Source of the DNA: an uncultured Planctomycetota bacterium
Lineage (GTDB): Bacteria; Planctomycetota; Planctomycetia; Isosphaerales; Isosphaeraceae
DNA: 64,000 nucleotides
NCBI GenBank assembly: GCA_963737655.1
Contig: CAVTTN010000002.1
Location: 3,904,001-3,968,000, forward strand
Reading direction: 5' to 3'
The notes under the pieces were generated by a model. The model had not been told where the DNA came from, did not search any database, and worked only from the letters and a program-made list of their open reading frames with translations. The translations under genes and the position numbers were made by a program. How positions within the stretch are numbered: position 1 is the stretch's first letter; each line of letters opens with the position of its first letter. This document shows, one piece after another, positions 38,750-49,201 of the stretch.

Positions 38750-41089
38750 TCATTTCACGACCTTCACGGCCACCCCGACGGGAGGGGTGGGATAGTCCTT
38801 CTTGTTCACCTGGAAGGCCACGGCGAGCTGGGCGCCGGCCATGGCGGCGGGGGCGTCGCCGTTGGCCTCGATCTTGAGGGTGAAGTCGGCGGCGTCGGGC
38901 GCGACGGTGATCGGCTCGGACTTGAGGCCGGCGGGGAGGCCGTTGAGCGTGAGCTTGACCGGCTCCTTGAAGGCCCCCTTGCGGACGACCTTGCCTTTCA
39001 GCTCGACGCTCGCCCCGCTCTTCACCTCCACCATCGGCGCCGCGGACTCGATCGTCGCCGGGCGGACGACCTGGACGGTCACCACGGGCGAGACGATCGT
39101 TTGCTCCTTCGGGCCGAGCTTCCCCTTGGCGGTGAAGACGAGGAAGAATGGGGCCAAAGGGGACTCGGCCGGGTATTCGAGCGTCGCGGCCCCCTCGGCG
39201 GCCTTCTCCGGGAGCGCCCCGGAGACCTTCACGTTCGGCGGCAGGGGCATCCCGGTCGGCGGGGCGAGCGCGGCGAACGCCAGGGCCGAATCCCCCTCGG
39301 GGCCTCGCGCGACCTTCACCGGGATCGGCCCTCCGAGGCCGTGGACGACCTCGACCGGGCCGGGCGGCGTCTCCAAAACGGCCGGGATCGCCAGGGCCAC
39401 CGAGGCGGCCAGGCCGACCTGATCGCTCGAATTCGTGGGGATGTTCGCCTGCTGGGCGAAGACGAGCATCTTGGTGCCGACGGTCACGATCGGCCCCGAG
39501 GGCCCCTGCCCCGTCCCCGTGACCTTCAGGTCCACCGCGCCGAAGGTCGCGTCGGCCGAGGCCGACACCGTGAAGATCCCGGCGTTCTGGCCCTCGGGGA
39601 TCGTCGTCGAGCGAACCGTCAGCCCCGGGGGAGGCTCGGCGATCCCCAGGACGATCGGCCCATTGTACGCCTTCCTCTGCACCGAGACACCGATCGCCGC
39701 GTTCCCACCCTTTGGAATATTCAGATGATCGTCATTCAGCGCCAGGACGAACGAGGGCGTGATCGGCTCGACGATCAAACGATATGGGAAGCCGACCCCG
39801 CCCCGGCCGATCAGGTCGCGGAGGCTCAGGGTGATCTCGTTGACGCCTTGCGGGACGGTGAAATCCAGCGACGGGTCGGGCGAGAGGATGCCCGGGGTCT
39901 TCTTGCCGTCCTTGGTCACGGCCGGGGTGACCACGGTGTCCTCAGCATTCGCCAATCCGTTGCCCGCCGGGCCGAGGATGGTGAGCGTGCCGTCGAGGCC
40001 CGAGCCCAGCTCGGCGGCATCGACGCGAATCCTCAGCGCCTGCCCCGGAGAAACCGCCAGGGCGAACCGATCCTCGTCCCCCGGAGGGTCGATCCGGCCA
40101 TTGAACACGACCGGCGCCACCGCCTTGATCGGAGGGGCCGAAGGGTCGGTCGGCTCGCGGAGCTCGGGGAGGTCGAGCACGTCCAGAGGGGCCGCAATCT
40201 CCACATCCAGAGGCTCGCCGGGCAGGCCGAGGGCGACGTTCGAGACCCTCGGGCGGAACAGGTCGGTCAGCGGAGGCACGGCGATCGTGGAGGCGCCCAC
40301 CCTCAGGTCGGGGAGCGTCCCGCCCCGGAATTCCAGGCCCACGGTCTCGCCCCGACGGCCGCCCAGGGGATAGACCTCGGTCGCTACCGGGATCGGGCCG
40401 ATCACCAGGCGGTAAATCGGACGGCCGGCCCCCTGATATTTCGAGTCGGAGATCTCGACCACGTAATCGCCGTCCTCGGGCAGGACGGCGGTCAGGCGGG
40501 CGTCGGTCAGCAAGCCCGGCGAGTCGTCGGCGCTCTCGACGAACTTCCTCCCGGCGGTCGTCAATCGGATCTGGGGATCGACGCCCGAGCCGACCCGGGC
40601 ACACTGGGCATCGACGACGATCCTCTGGCCCTTCTTGCCCGGGAACCGGAAGAAATCGACGTCCGCCCCCGCGAGTTGCCCCTCGACCACCACCGGCGAC
40701 GGCACCGGCTGGGCCGTTTCGAACACGCTATTGTCTTCCTTCTCGCCGACCTGGGGCACCTGGCCGACGGCCAGCAGGAACGGGTTCGAGAGGCCGTCGT
40801 CGGTCTTCACGCGGACCGTGTAGACGCCCACCGCCGCCTCGGGCGAGACCAGGAGCTTCATCCGGAAGTGGCCGCCGTCGCTGTTGGCCTCCTTCTCGAC
40901 GCTCGCCGGGAAGGGCGCCACGAGCTGGGGGTTGGCGGCGAGGTCGGTGCCGGCGATGTCGACCGCCGTCGCCTCCCCCCGGCGGGCCCCGATGGGGCTG
41001 ATGTTCGTGATCCGAGGGGGGTCGGCGAACGTCGATGCGACCAGGACCAGGCCGAGCACGGCGGCCGAGGCGGGCGTCAGGGCCTTCAT
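38750..41089 (-). CDS. Exported PPC/IPT-like domain protein (paralog of 1415-3523)
   Basis: Signal peptide, SPIGARRGE, GLSNP, EKEDN...AQ, DVDFFRF and YPLGGRRG. Confidence 0.8.
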   Translation of the reverse strand: MKALTPASAAVLGLVLVASTFADPPRITNISPIGARRGEATAVDIAGTDLAANPQLVAPFPASVEKEANSDGGHFRMKLLVSPEAAVGVYTVRVKTDDGLSNPFLLAVGQVPQVGEKEDNSVFETAQPVPSPVVVEGQLAGADVDFFRFPGKKGQRIVVDAQCARVGSGVDPQIRLTTAGRKFVESADDSPGLLTDARLTAVLPEDGDYVVEISDSKYQGAGRPIYRLVIGPIPVATEVYPLGGRRGETVGLEFRGGTLPDLRVGASTIAVPPLTDLFRPRVSNVALGLPGEPLDVEIAAPLDVLDLPELREPTDPSAPPIKAVAPVVFNGRIDPPGDEDRFALAVSPGQALRIRVDAAELGSGLDGTLTILGPAGNGLANAEDTVVTPAVTKDGKKTPGILSPDPSLDFTVPQGVNEITLSLRDLIGRGGVGFPYRLIVEPITPSFVLALNDDHLNIPKGGNAAIGVSVQRKAYNGPIVLGIAEPPPGLTVRSTTIPEGQNAGIFTVSASADATFGAVDLKVTGTGQGPSGPIVTVGTKMLVFAQQANIPTNSSDQVGLAASVALAIPAVLETPPGPVEVVHGLGGPIPVKVARGPEGDSALAFAALAPPTGMPLPPNVKVSGALPEKAAEGAATLEYPAESPLAPFFLVFTAKGKLGPKEQTIVSPVVTVQVVRPATIESAAPMVEVKSGASVELKGKVVRKGAFKEPVKLTLNGLPAGLKSEPITVAPDAADFTLKIEANGDAPAAMAGAQLAVAFQVNKKDYPTPPVGVAVKVVK

Positions 41090-41242
41090 GATGCGGATCT
41101 CCTCACGGCCGGTCGGTTCCGAGGGCCGTGATCGCGAGGCGAGGCGGGGGTTTTGGCAGGGTCGAATCCTGGCGGGACTTCTCCTCGCTAAAGTCTCACG
41201 GGGGGAGGGACTTGTCAAGGATCTGGGGTTGTGATGAAGACG

Positions 41243-41533
41243 GGGGAGATCAACCGCCAAGACGCCAAGGGCGCCAAGAGGAGAGGAGAAGACGAGCGGG
41301 GAGGAGAGGAGAAGAGGAGGAAGACGAGAGGAAAGGAAGATGTAGAGTTCTAAACGCAGATTACGCAGAAGCGGAGAGGAAGAGGAAGAAGAGTATTAAA
41401 CGCAAATTACGCCGATGCAAGAATTTATTATTATTTCCAATCTGCGTAATCTGCGTTTAATACTCTTCCTCTCCTCTTCCTCCTCTTCTCCTCTCTTCTT
41501 GGCGCCCTTGGCGTCTTGGCGGTTAATCTCCCC
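41243..41533. repeat. Nested inverted-repeat (MITE-like) element with polypurine/polypyrimidine tracts
   Basis: Outer arms AACCGCCAAGACGCCAAGGGCGCCAAG / CTTGGCGCCCTTGGCGTCTTGGCGGTT; inner arms AAGAGTATTAAACGCAAATTACG / CGTAATCTGCGTTTAATACTCTT. Confidence 0.85.
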
Positions 41534-41598
41534 ACTCCCCCGCTAGGAACAAAGCCAGCACGAAGATAGAATCAAAGGCCCGAAGGAGGGAGGCGAAG

Positions 41599-43666
41599 GT
41601 GGGAAAGGTCGTCAAGCAGGTCTGCCCGCTGGATTGCCCCGACACGTGCTCGATGAGCGTGACCGTCGAGGACGGGCGGGCCGTGGACCTCCGCGGCGAC
41701 CGCGACCATCCGTTCACCCGCGGGTTCCTCTGCCGGAAGATGGCGCGGTATCTCGACCGCGTGAACAGCCCCGATCGCCTGATGCATCCGATGAGGCGGG
41801 TCGGGCCGAGGGCTCGGGGCAATTTGAGCGGATCTCCTGGGATCAGGCCCTCGGCCTGATTTCCTCGACGTTTCAAGCCATCGCCGGGTCGCCCGACGGC
41901 CCCCAGGCGATCCTGCCGTACAGCTATTACGGGACGATGGGCAAGCTCCAGGCGAGCAGCCTGGACCGCCGGTTCTTCCACGCGATCGGCGCCTCGAAGC
42001 TCGACCGCACCATCTGCGCCTCGGCCGGCTCTCTCGGTTATGAATACACCGTGGGCCGGGGCCGCCTCGGGGCCGACCCGATGGGCGTCGCCGAGTGCAA
42101 GCTGATCGTGAACTGGGGATCGAACACGGTCCACACCAACAGCCACCTGTGGAGCCGGATGGTCCAGGCCCGGAAGCTCGGCGCGACGGTCGTCACGATC
42201 GATCCGTACCGGAGCGACACCGCCCGCCGATCCGACGTCCATCTCGCGATCCGCCCGGGGACCGACGCGGCCCTCGCCCTGGGAATCCTCCACGTGATCT
42301 GGCGAGACGGGCTCCAGGATCAGGAATACCTGACGGGCGCGACCGTCGGCGCCGACCTCCTCCGGGATCGGGCCTTGAACGAGTATGCACCCGACCGTGT
42401 GGCGACGATCACCGGGCTTTCCATCGACGAGATCGAGGCGTTTTCTCGCCTCTATGCGAAGACTCGGCCGTCGCTGATCCGCCTGAATTACGGCCTCCAG
42501 AGGCATCGGGGCGGCGGGATGGCGGTGCGGACGATCTCCTGCCTGCCGGCGGTCGTGGGGGCGTGGCGGGATTACGGAGGGGCGCCCTGCTCTCGACCAG
42601 CGGCGTCTACGACTTCGCGATGGACCGCCTGACCCGCCCCGACCTCTCGCCTCCCGGCACTCGCACCGTGAACATGAACGAGCTGGGCGAGGCCCTGGCC
42701 GGGGAGGTCCCGGGGCCTCCGGTCCGGGCGCTCTACGTGTATAACTGCAACCCGGCGGCCGTCTCCCCGAACGGGGCGAAGGTCCGCAAAGGTCTGATGC
42801 GCGACGACCTGTTCACGGTCGTCCATGAACAATTCCCGACCGATACGGCCGATTTCGCCGACGTGGTCCTGCCCGCCACGATGCAGCTCGAGCATGAAGA
42901 CGTCCACGGCTCCTACGGCCATCATTTCGTCATGTACAACCCGGCGAGCCTCGCGCCTCCCGGGGAATGCCGATCGAATAATGACGTGTTCCGAGGGCTG
43001 GCGGCACGGATGGGCCTCGATCGGGCCCTCTTCCCCGACGATTCGACGCTGATCCGCGAGGCCCTGGACGGCGGCCCGACGATGGCGGGGATCACCCTGG
43101 ATCGGCTGAAGGCCGAAGGCTCGATCCGCCTGAATCTGCCCGAGCGGTCGGCCCCGTTCGCCGAAGGGCGGTTCCCGACCGCGTCGGGCAAGTGCGAATT
43201 GTTCTCCGAGAGGATGCGGCGCGACGGCCTGGACCCTCTGCCGACGTACATCCCTCCCCTCGAAGACCCGCAGACCCGGCCCGACCTCGCCTCGACGTAC
43301 CCGCTTCAACTCCTGAGCCCGCCGAGGCCGCAGTTCCTCAATTCGACGTTCGCGAATTCCGAGTCGCATCGTCAGCAGGCGGGCGACCCGACGATCGAGC
43401 TCTCGGCCGAGGACGCGGAGAGTCGCGCGCTGATCGACGGCCAGTGGGCCGAGGTCTACAATAGTCGCGGGAGCTTCCGCGCCCGGGTCCGCCTGGCCGG
43501 GAGCGTCCGCCCGGGGGTGGCGGTCTCGACCGGGATCTACTGGAACAAGCTCAGTCCCGGCGGGTCGAACGTGAATTCGACCACCTCCTCGGCCCTGACC
43601 GACATGGGCGGCGGGGCCACGTTTTTCGACAACCTCGTGCAAGTCCGGGGGATCGACGAGCCATGA
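41599..43666 (+). CDS. Molybdopterin (bis-MGD) oxidoreductase; apparent frameshifts at about 41809 and about 42580
   Basis: CPLDCPDTC...HPFTRGFLC (4Fe-4S), TICASAG, WGSN, IDPYRS, IRPGTD.ALA, TDTADFADVVLPA and a C-terminal molydop-binding domain. Confidence 0.88.
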
Positions 43667-43956
43667 CGAGCCTGTTGCAACGCCTGGTCCGCCGCAAGCC
43701 CGAGGCGCCGAGCGTCCCGGTCACGGTCTTCACCCGCAAGGAATGCTGCTGCTGCCACAAGGCGCTCGAAGTCCTGCAGAAATATCGGCGCAAGTACCGT
43801 TTGGCGATCGAAGAGGTGGACATCGACGCCGACCCCGATCTCGTGGCGGCCCACGGACTGACCGTCCCGGTCGTGGCGATCGACGGCAAGGTTCGATTCC
43901 GGGGGGTGGTCAACCCCGTGCTGCTGGAGCGATTGCTGGCAGCCCGGGAGGCGTAA
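43663..43956 (+). CDS. Glutaredoxin-like (DUF836) protein
   Basis: VFTRKECCCCHKA...EVDID...VPVV.IDG; ATGA overlap with the oxidoreductase. Confidence 0.85.
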   Translation: MTSLLQRLVRRKPEAPSVPVTVFTRKECCCCHKALEVLQKYRRKYRLAIEEVDIDADPDLVAAHGLTVPVVAIDGKVRFRGVVNPVLLERLLAAREA

Positions 43957-43965
43957 GGCCCGAGG

Positions 43966-44250
43966 TCATCGGAAGCGGTCGAGGATCGCGATCCCGATCA
44001 GCCCGAGGAAGCCGAGGGCCGAGATGGGGAGCCCGGCGAGGAACATGAAGGACGCCAGACCGACGAGGATCTCGGGGTAATCCGCCGAGCCGCGAGGGCC
44101 CATCCCGATCATGAACGCGAAAATCCAGCCGGCGAGGCCGAGCGGGATCATCGCCACGCAGATGACGACCGAGAGCCTCGGCCACCTCGATGGAGGTGGG
44201 GGAGGCTCGGGTTCGGCGTCGGGCGGCCCGGAGTACAGCATTTCGGACAT
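43966..44250 (-). CDS. Small 2-TM hypothetical protein
   Basis: Two hydrophobic helices; fills the gap between genes. Confidence 0.6.
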   Translation of the reverse strand: MSEMLYSGPPDAEPEPPPPPSRWPRLSVVICVAMIPLGLAGWIFAFMIGMGPRGSADYPEILVGLASFMFLAGLPISALGFLGLIGIAILDRFR

Positions 44251-44280
44251 CGATTTCTCTCGGTCTCGACGGAGGACGCC

Positions 44281-44904
44281 TCAGCCGGCCGGGTCGCGAC
44301 GTTGCGACCCGACCGCCATCGCGCCAATCCCCCCGCCGATGGCCGCGAGGGCGAGGCTCGCCAGCGAGTGCCCGGCCCTCCGGTAATTCTGGAGGCTGAA
44401 CACTCGAACGGGGGTCGATCCTCCTGCTACCGAGCCGAAATTCCCCCCGGTCGACGGATCGCTCTCGGTCGTCGGGCCGAGGGTCCAGATGGTGGCGCCG
44501 GGTCCGGGCTTCGGCGCGAATTGATCGAGGAGGACCGTGGTGATCAGGGGGGGAGCCGTCACGCCGTTCGAATTCCTCACGTAATTCGCGTTCATTCCGC
44601 CGCCCATGCCGCCCATCCCGCCGCCCATGCCGCCCATCCCGCCGACCCCCAACGGCCCGATGTCCGTGGGGCCGAAGACCAGGGCCAGGTAGCCGAGCCC
44701 GAAGATGGCGGCGCCTCCGCCGAAGGCCCGGGGGCGGCCCCGGCCGAACACGGCGAAGACCGCCCCGGCCGAGGGCACTGCCAGCGCCAGTGAATACATC
44801 CCGCTGGCCCAGAGGAGCGACGGCCTGGCCAGCGACGCCGCGCCGGCCGCCGCAAGGGCCACGACGATCATCATCCCGGCGATCGTGACTCGAAACCGCT
44901 TCAT
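44281..44904 (-). CDS. Hypothetical membrane protein with a GGM repeat
   Basis: GGAGG SD, 4 TM segments and GGMGGMGGGMGGMGGGM. Confidence 0.7.
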   Translation of the reverse strand: MKRFRVTIAGMMIVVALAAAGAASLARPSLLWASGMYSLALAVPSAGAVFAVFGRGRPRAFGGGAAIFGLGYLALVFGPTDIGPLGVGGMGGMGGGMGGMGGGMNANYVRNSNGVTAPPLITTVLLDQFAPKPGPGATIWTLGPTTESDPSTGGNFGSVAGGSTPVRVFSLQNYRRAGHSLASLALAAIGGGIGAMAVGSQRRDPAG

Positions 44905-44987
44905 GGGGTATCCTCCGGCTTCCGTTCGATTGTATCCGTGCCGTCGCGACGCCCGCCATCGAGGCCCGACCCGGGGAGAGACGAATC

Positions 44988-45689
44988 ATGGCCTGGCCGA
45001 TGCCCGAAGGGGCCGTCCTGGGGATCTTTGCCAAGAGGCCCGACCCCGGGAGCGTCAAGACCCGGCTCGCCGCCGAGTTCGGCGACGAGTTCGCCGCCGA
45101 GGCCGCCGGGGCGATGGTCCTGGACCTCGCCGATCTGTGGGGTTCCGAGCGCATCCTGGAGGCCGGGGGCCGGCGAGTCCTCGTGTTCGCACCCGACGAC
45201 GCCGGCCCGTGGTTCGACGAGCGAATCCCCGCAGGATTGGCCCTTCAGCCCCAGGTCGAAGGCGACCTCGGCGACCGCATGAAGGCGTTTTTCGACGGGG
45301 AATTCGGGGACGGGGCGTCGCGGGTCGTCCTGATCGGCTCGGACAGCCCCACGCTGGACCCGTCGATCGTGATCTCGGCGTTCCTGACGCTCGAAAGCCG
45401 GGACGTGGTGCTCGGGCCGTCGGCCGACGGCGGGTATTACCTCGTGGGCTGCCGGCCTCCCACTCCGCCGATCTTCTCGGGGCCGTCGTGGGGGACGCCG
45501 GGCGTCCTGGAGGAGACGATCCATGCGTTGAAGGATTCCGGGCTCGCGCTCGGCGTCCTCCCGCCCTGGTATGACGTGGACACGCCCGACGATATTCGAT
45601 CGCTCCGGGGCCATCTCCGGGCGATGAGGAGGGCCGGGATCGACCCGATCTGCCCGAGGCTGGAAACCTTCCTGGGGCTCCGGGGGTAA
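44988..45689 (+). CDS. TIGR04282/DUF2064 family glycosyltransferase-like protein
   Basis: FAKRPDPGSVKTRL, Q.EGDLGDRM, IGSDSP, LGPSADGGYYLVG and WYDVDTPDD. Confidence 0.88.
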   Translation: MAWPMPEGAVLGIFAKRPDPGSVKTRLAAEFGDEFAAEAAGAMVLDLADLWGSERILEAGGRRVLVFAPDDAGPWFDERIPAGLALQPQVEGDLGDRMKAFFDGEFGDGASRVVLIGSDSPTLDPSIVISAFLTLESRDVVLGPSADGGYYLVGCRPPTPPIFSGPSWGTPGVLEETIHALKDSGLALGVLPPWYDVDTPDDIRSLRGHLRAMRRAGIDPICPRLETFLGLRG

Positions 45690-45727
45690 CCCGGACGTCT
45701 CGTGATCGCGTCCCGGAGGCTCAAGCC

Positions 45728-46942
45728 ATGACCGCTTCTCTCCTGCTGGCCCTCTGTCTGACGGTCGGCGACATCGTCCCGCCGTCGGCCGATTCGTTCC
45801 TGAGGGAGGGGAAGCTCGCCGAGGGGGAGGCCGCCCTGGCCGACACGATCGCCGGCAACCCGAAGGACTCGGCCTCGCGGTTCGGCCTGGGCGTCGTGCA
45901 ATTCTTGAGGGGCGTCGAAACGCTCGTGCAGGGCTTCCACCGGTACGGCCTCCAGCCCGATCCGACCGGCGGGAACGTCTGGTTCCTCCGTCTCCCGGTG
46001 CCCGCGAACCCTCATCCCGAGCCGATCGCCTACGAAGACCTCCGCGCCCTGATCGAACGGCTGAACGCCGACCTGGCGAGGGCCGAGGCGACCCTTTCGA
46101 GGGTCGAAGACCCCGACGTGAAGCTGCCGATCCATTTCGGCGAGGTCCGCCTCGACCTCGACGGCGACGGCAAGGCCACGGACGAGGAGGCGCTCTGGTC
46201 GCTCTACAAGAGGCTGAACGGGCAGGCCCGGAACATCTCGGCCGACGACGCCCGCCGGTTCGTGATCGCGTTCGATCGCGGGGACGTGGCGTGGCTCCGG
46301 GGCTATTGTCATCTGCTCATGGCGTTCTGCGAGGTCTACCTCGCCCACGACGGGAGGGCGCTCTTCGACCATTCGGCCCACCTCTTCTTCCCGAAGACGA
46401 AGACCCCGTTTCCTTTCCTGAAGCACGATCTCCGGCCGAACCAGTGGCAGCCGGCGCAGATCTCCGACGTGATCGCGTTCGTTCATATGATCCGCCTTCC
46501 CGTGAGGGAGCCGAAGAGGGCCGGCGCGGCCCTGAGGCACCTGGAGGCGATGATCCCGCTCAGCCGCGAGTCCTGGAAGGCGTACCTGGAGGAGACCGAC
46601 GACGATCGCGAGTGGATCCCGAACCCGAGGCAAACGACCGTGATGCCGGGCGTGAGGGTCACCGAGGAGATGGTCAAGGGCTGGTTCTCGTTCCTCGACG
46701 AGGCCGAATCGATCCTCGGCGGCAAGACGCTGGTGCCGTTCTGGAGGGACGCCGGGGGCAAGGGCGTGAACCTCCGCCGGGTCTTCACCGAGCCGACGGA
46801 CCTCGATCCCGTCCTCTGGTTCCAGGGGACGGCCGCGGCGCCGTATCTGGAGGAGGGGAAGGTGACGTCGGTCGAGACGTGGCGGAGGCTCCAGAGGGTC
46901 TTCGGCGGCGAGTTCGTCGGCTTCGCCCTCTGGTTCAACTGA
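45728..46942 (+). CDS. Conserved hypothetical exported protein
   Basis: Signal peptide, TPR-like start, EF-hand-like DLDGDGKATDEE and ETDDDREWIPNP. Confidence 0.75.
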   Translation: MTASLLLALCLTVGDIVPPSADSFLREGKLAEGEAALADTIAGNPKDSASRFGLGVVQFLRGVETLVQGFHRYGLQPDPTGGNVWFLRLPVPANPHPEPIAYEDLRALIERLNADLARAEATLSRVEDPDVKLPIHFGEVRLDLDGDGKATDEEALWSLYKRLNGQARNISADDARRFVIAFDRGDVAWLRGYCHLLMAFCEVYLAHDGRALFDHSAHLFFPKTKTPFPFLKHDLRPNQWQPAQISDVIAFVHMIRLPVREPKRAGAALRHLEAMIPLSRESWKAYLEETDDDREWIPNPRQTTVMPGVRVTEEMVKGWFSFLDEAESILGGKTLVPFWRDAGGKGVNLRRVFTEPTDLDPVLWFQGTAAAPYLEEGKVTSVETWRRLQRVFGGEFVGFALWFN

Positions 46943-47041
46943 GAGAGGCGCGCCCGCCCCCGTCGGGCGATTGATCGGCCGGTCCCGAGGGGCTACGATG
47001 CGGGCCGTCGTCGCCCTCTCTCCCGCTCGCGAGGCCCCGTC

Positions 47042-48343
47042 ATGATCCAGGTCGGATTCGGAAGCGGCGACATCACGCCCGAGGTCGGGATGAACATGCC
47101 CGGAGGGTTCTACAAGAACCCGGGCCAGGGCGTCCTCGCCCCCCTCCTGGCCTCGGCGTGCGTCGTCCACGACGGGACGGCCTGGGCGGCGCTCGTGGGC
47201 GTCGATGCCCTGGGGATCACCCGGGACGTCGTCGAGAGGGCGAGGGCGGCGATCGCCGAGAAGACGAAGGTCCCCGGGGCGAACGTCCTGATCGGCGCCA
47301 ATCATTCGCACAGCGGGGGGCCGGCGGTCCCGGGCCTGGATTTCGACGTCGATCCTAAATATGCGGACATGCTGGTCTCGGGGATCGTCTCGGCCGTGGT
47401 CGGGGCGACGAACTCGCTCCACGGGGCGGAGGTCGGCGTCGGCAGGGGCGAGGAGCCGACGATCGCCTTCAATCGCCGGTTCCTGATGCGAGACGGCCGG
47501 GAGATCACGCATCCCGGCAAGCCGGGGACGCCCCATCACGAGGAGATCGCCCGCGCCGCCGGGCCGACCGACCCGGCCGTCGGCGTGATGGCGTTCCGGG
47601 CCCCGGGAAACGGGCCGATCCTCGGCCTGGTGGTGAACTTCGCGTGCCATTCGACGATCGTCGGCGGCAACCGCTTCCATCCGGATTACGCCGGGTTCTT
47701 GCGCCAGTATTTGAAGGCCCGATATGGCGAGGGCGTCGGCGTGGTCTTCCTGCTCGGGGCGTGCGGCGATCTCACGCAGGTGGACAACACGGCGCCGGGC
47801 AGCGAGTTCGGCGTGGATTACTGCAACCTCGTGGGCCAGAAGCTCGCGGCCGAGGCGGCCAGGACTATCCTGAGGATGGAGTGGGAGCCGGTCGCGACGA
47901 TCGCCGTGGCGAGCGAGAGGGTGCCGCTGACCGTGAGGCCCGAGCCCGACGTCGCCCGGGAGAAGCCGCCCTATGGCCTGGGCTCGTCGTGGGACGAGCA
48001 GTTCGCCAAGGGCCGCGCGAAGGTCGCCGCGATCCGGGAGAAGACGCCGACCGTGCCGGTCGAGGTCCAGGCGGTGCGGATCGGCAAGCTCGGGATCGTC
48101 ACCAACCCCTCGGAATTCTTCTGCGACCTCGGTTTGAGGATCAAGGACGCCTCGACGTTGTATCCCACGTGGGTCGTCTCGCTCGCCAACGACGCGATCG
48201 GCTACGTCCCGACCGCCGAGGCGATGCTCGCCGGAGGCTACGAGTGCCGGACCACGATCAGCAGCATGTGGGCGATCGACGCCGGGCAGTTGCTGGTGGA
48301 GGCGTCGTTGCGCGCGTTGAACAAGGTTCATCCCGAGGAGTGA
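47042..48343 (+). CDS. Neutral/alkaline ceramidase N-terminal-like hydrolase
   Basis: DITP, ANHSHSGG, FNRR, NFACH, GACGD and ANDAIGYVPT. Confidence 0.8.
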   Translation: MIQVGFGSGDITPEVGMNMPGGFYKNPGQGVLAPLLASACVVHDGTAWAALVGVDALGITRDVVERARAAIAEKTKVPGANVLIGANHSHSGGPAVPGLDFDVDPKYADMLVSGIVSAVVGATNSLHGAEVGVGRGEEPTIAFNRRFLMRDGREITHPGKPGTPHHEEIARAAGPTDPAVGVMAFRAPGNGPILGLVVNFACHSTIVGGNRFHPDYAGFLRQYLKARYGEGVGVVFLLGACGDLTQVDNTAPGSEFGVDYCNLVGQKLAAEAARTILRMEWEPVATIAVASERVPLTVRPEPDVAREKPPYGLGSSWDEQFAKGRAKVAAIREKTPTVPVEVQAVRIGKLGIVTNPSEFFCDLGLRIKDASTLYPTWVVSLANDAIGYVPTAEAMLAGGYECRTTISSMWAIDAGQLLVEASLRALNKVHPEE

Positions 48344-48358
48344 TCACGCCCCCTCGGC

Positions 48359-49072
48359 TCATTGGAGCTTCAGTCGAGGCTTCTGATCGGCCTTCGCGAT
48401 CCCCGCGCCGAAGAACGTGGCGGCGACGTCGGCGTCGCCCGGGACGACGACCAGGCGGACGGTCTTGCCGGCCTTCCTCGCCTCGCTCAGGAGGGCTTTG
48501 GCGGCGTCGTCCAGGGTCAGCTTGAACACGACCGGGTCGCCGGTCTTGCTCCGGGAGAACTGGCCCGATCCGGCCGGGATCAGGCCCTTCAACTGATCGC
48601 CCACGCCCCCTTCGGCCATCATGAGGAACTTCAAGGGAGAGGGAGCCGGATTCGCCTCGGCCTCGGCCTTCGGGGCGTCCTTCGCGACCTGGCCCTCCCG
48701 GGCGGCCTCGGCCCTCGCCGGGGCGGCGATCGACGTGGCGGTGTCGGTCGCGAGGAAGAATTTGAGGGCGCCGTCCTTCGAGAAGTCCGTGAGGCTCTGG
48801 GTCAGTTCCAGGGACGCCTCGCGGGTCGTCGCGTCCTCGGAGGACGCGGGGATCGGGAAGTCGAGGACGCCGAACGAGGCATATCTGCCGTCCTGGCCGT
48901 TGTTCTTCCCCTCGACGTTGAAGTACGAGGAGCCGGATCGCCCGGCCCGGGGGCCGGCGAGCTGGACCGTCGCCCCGGCCGTCGCGGCTTGCTCCACGCC
49001 CGCCCGGGCGTCCGTGACGAGCGACGAGGCCATCAGGAGGAGGAGGGTCGGCAGGGCGACGGTTCGGGACAT
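48359..49072 (-). CDS. Hypothetical exported protein
   Basis: Signal peptide ending ARA, followed by a beta-rich body. Confidence 0.7.
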   Translation of the reverse strand: MSRTVALPTLLLLMASSLVTDARAGVEQAATAGATVQLAGPRAGRSGSSYFNVEGKNNGQDGRYASFGVLDFPIPASSEDATTREASLELTQSLTDFSKDGALKFFLATDTATSIAAPARAEAAREGQVAKDAPKAEAEANPAPSPLKFLMMAEGGVGDQLKGLIPAGSGQFSRSKTGDPVVFKLTLDDAAKALLSEARKAGKTVRLVVVPGDADVAATFFGAGIAKADQKPRLKLQ

Positions 49073-49201
49073 CGGCGAGCCTCGGTCCGAGTGAGGTCGA
49101 ACGGGGAATCCGGGGCAAGATAGCAAGGGGAGGCGGCGAGTCCGAGGAGATCCGGCGACGTTTCGATGAAGACGGAACGCGGCCCCGAGCGCCCGGAGTT
49201 G

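Noticed and set aside
42012..42020. Selenocysteine at the Mo ligand position
   Set aside because: The codon is TGC (Cys); the ORF breaks are frameshifts, not in-frame TGA.
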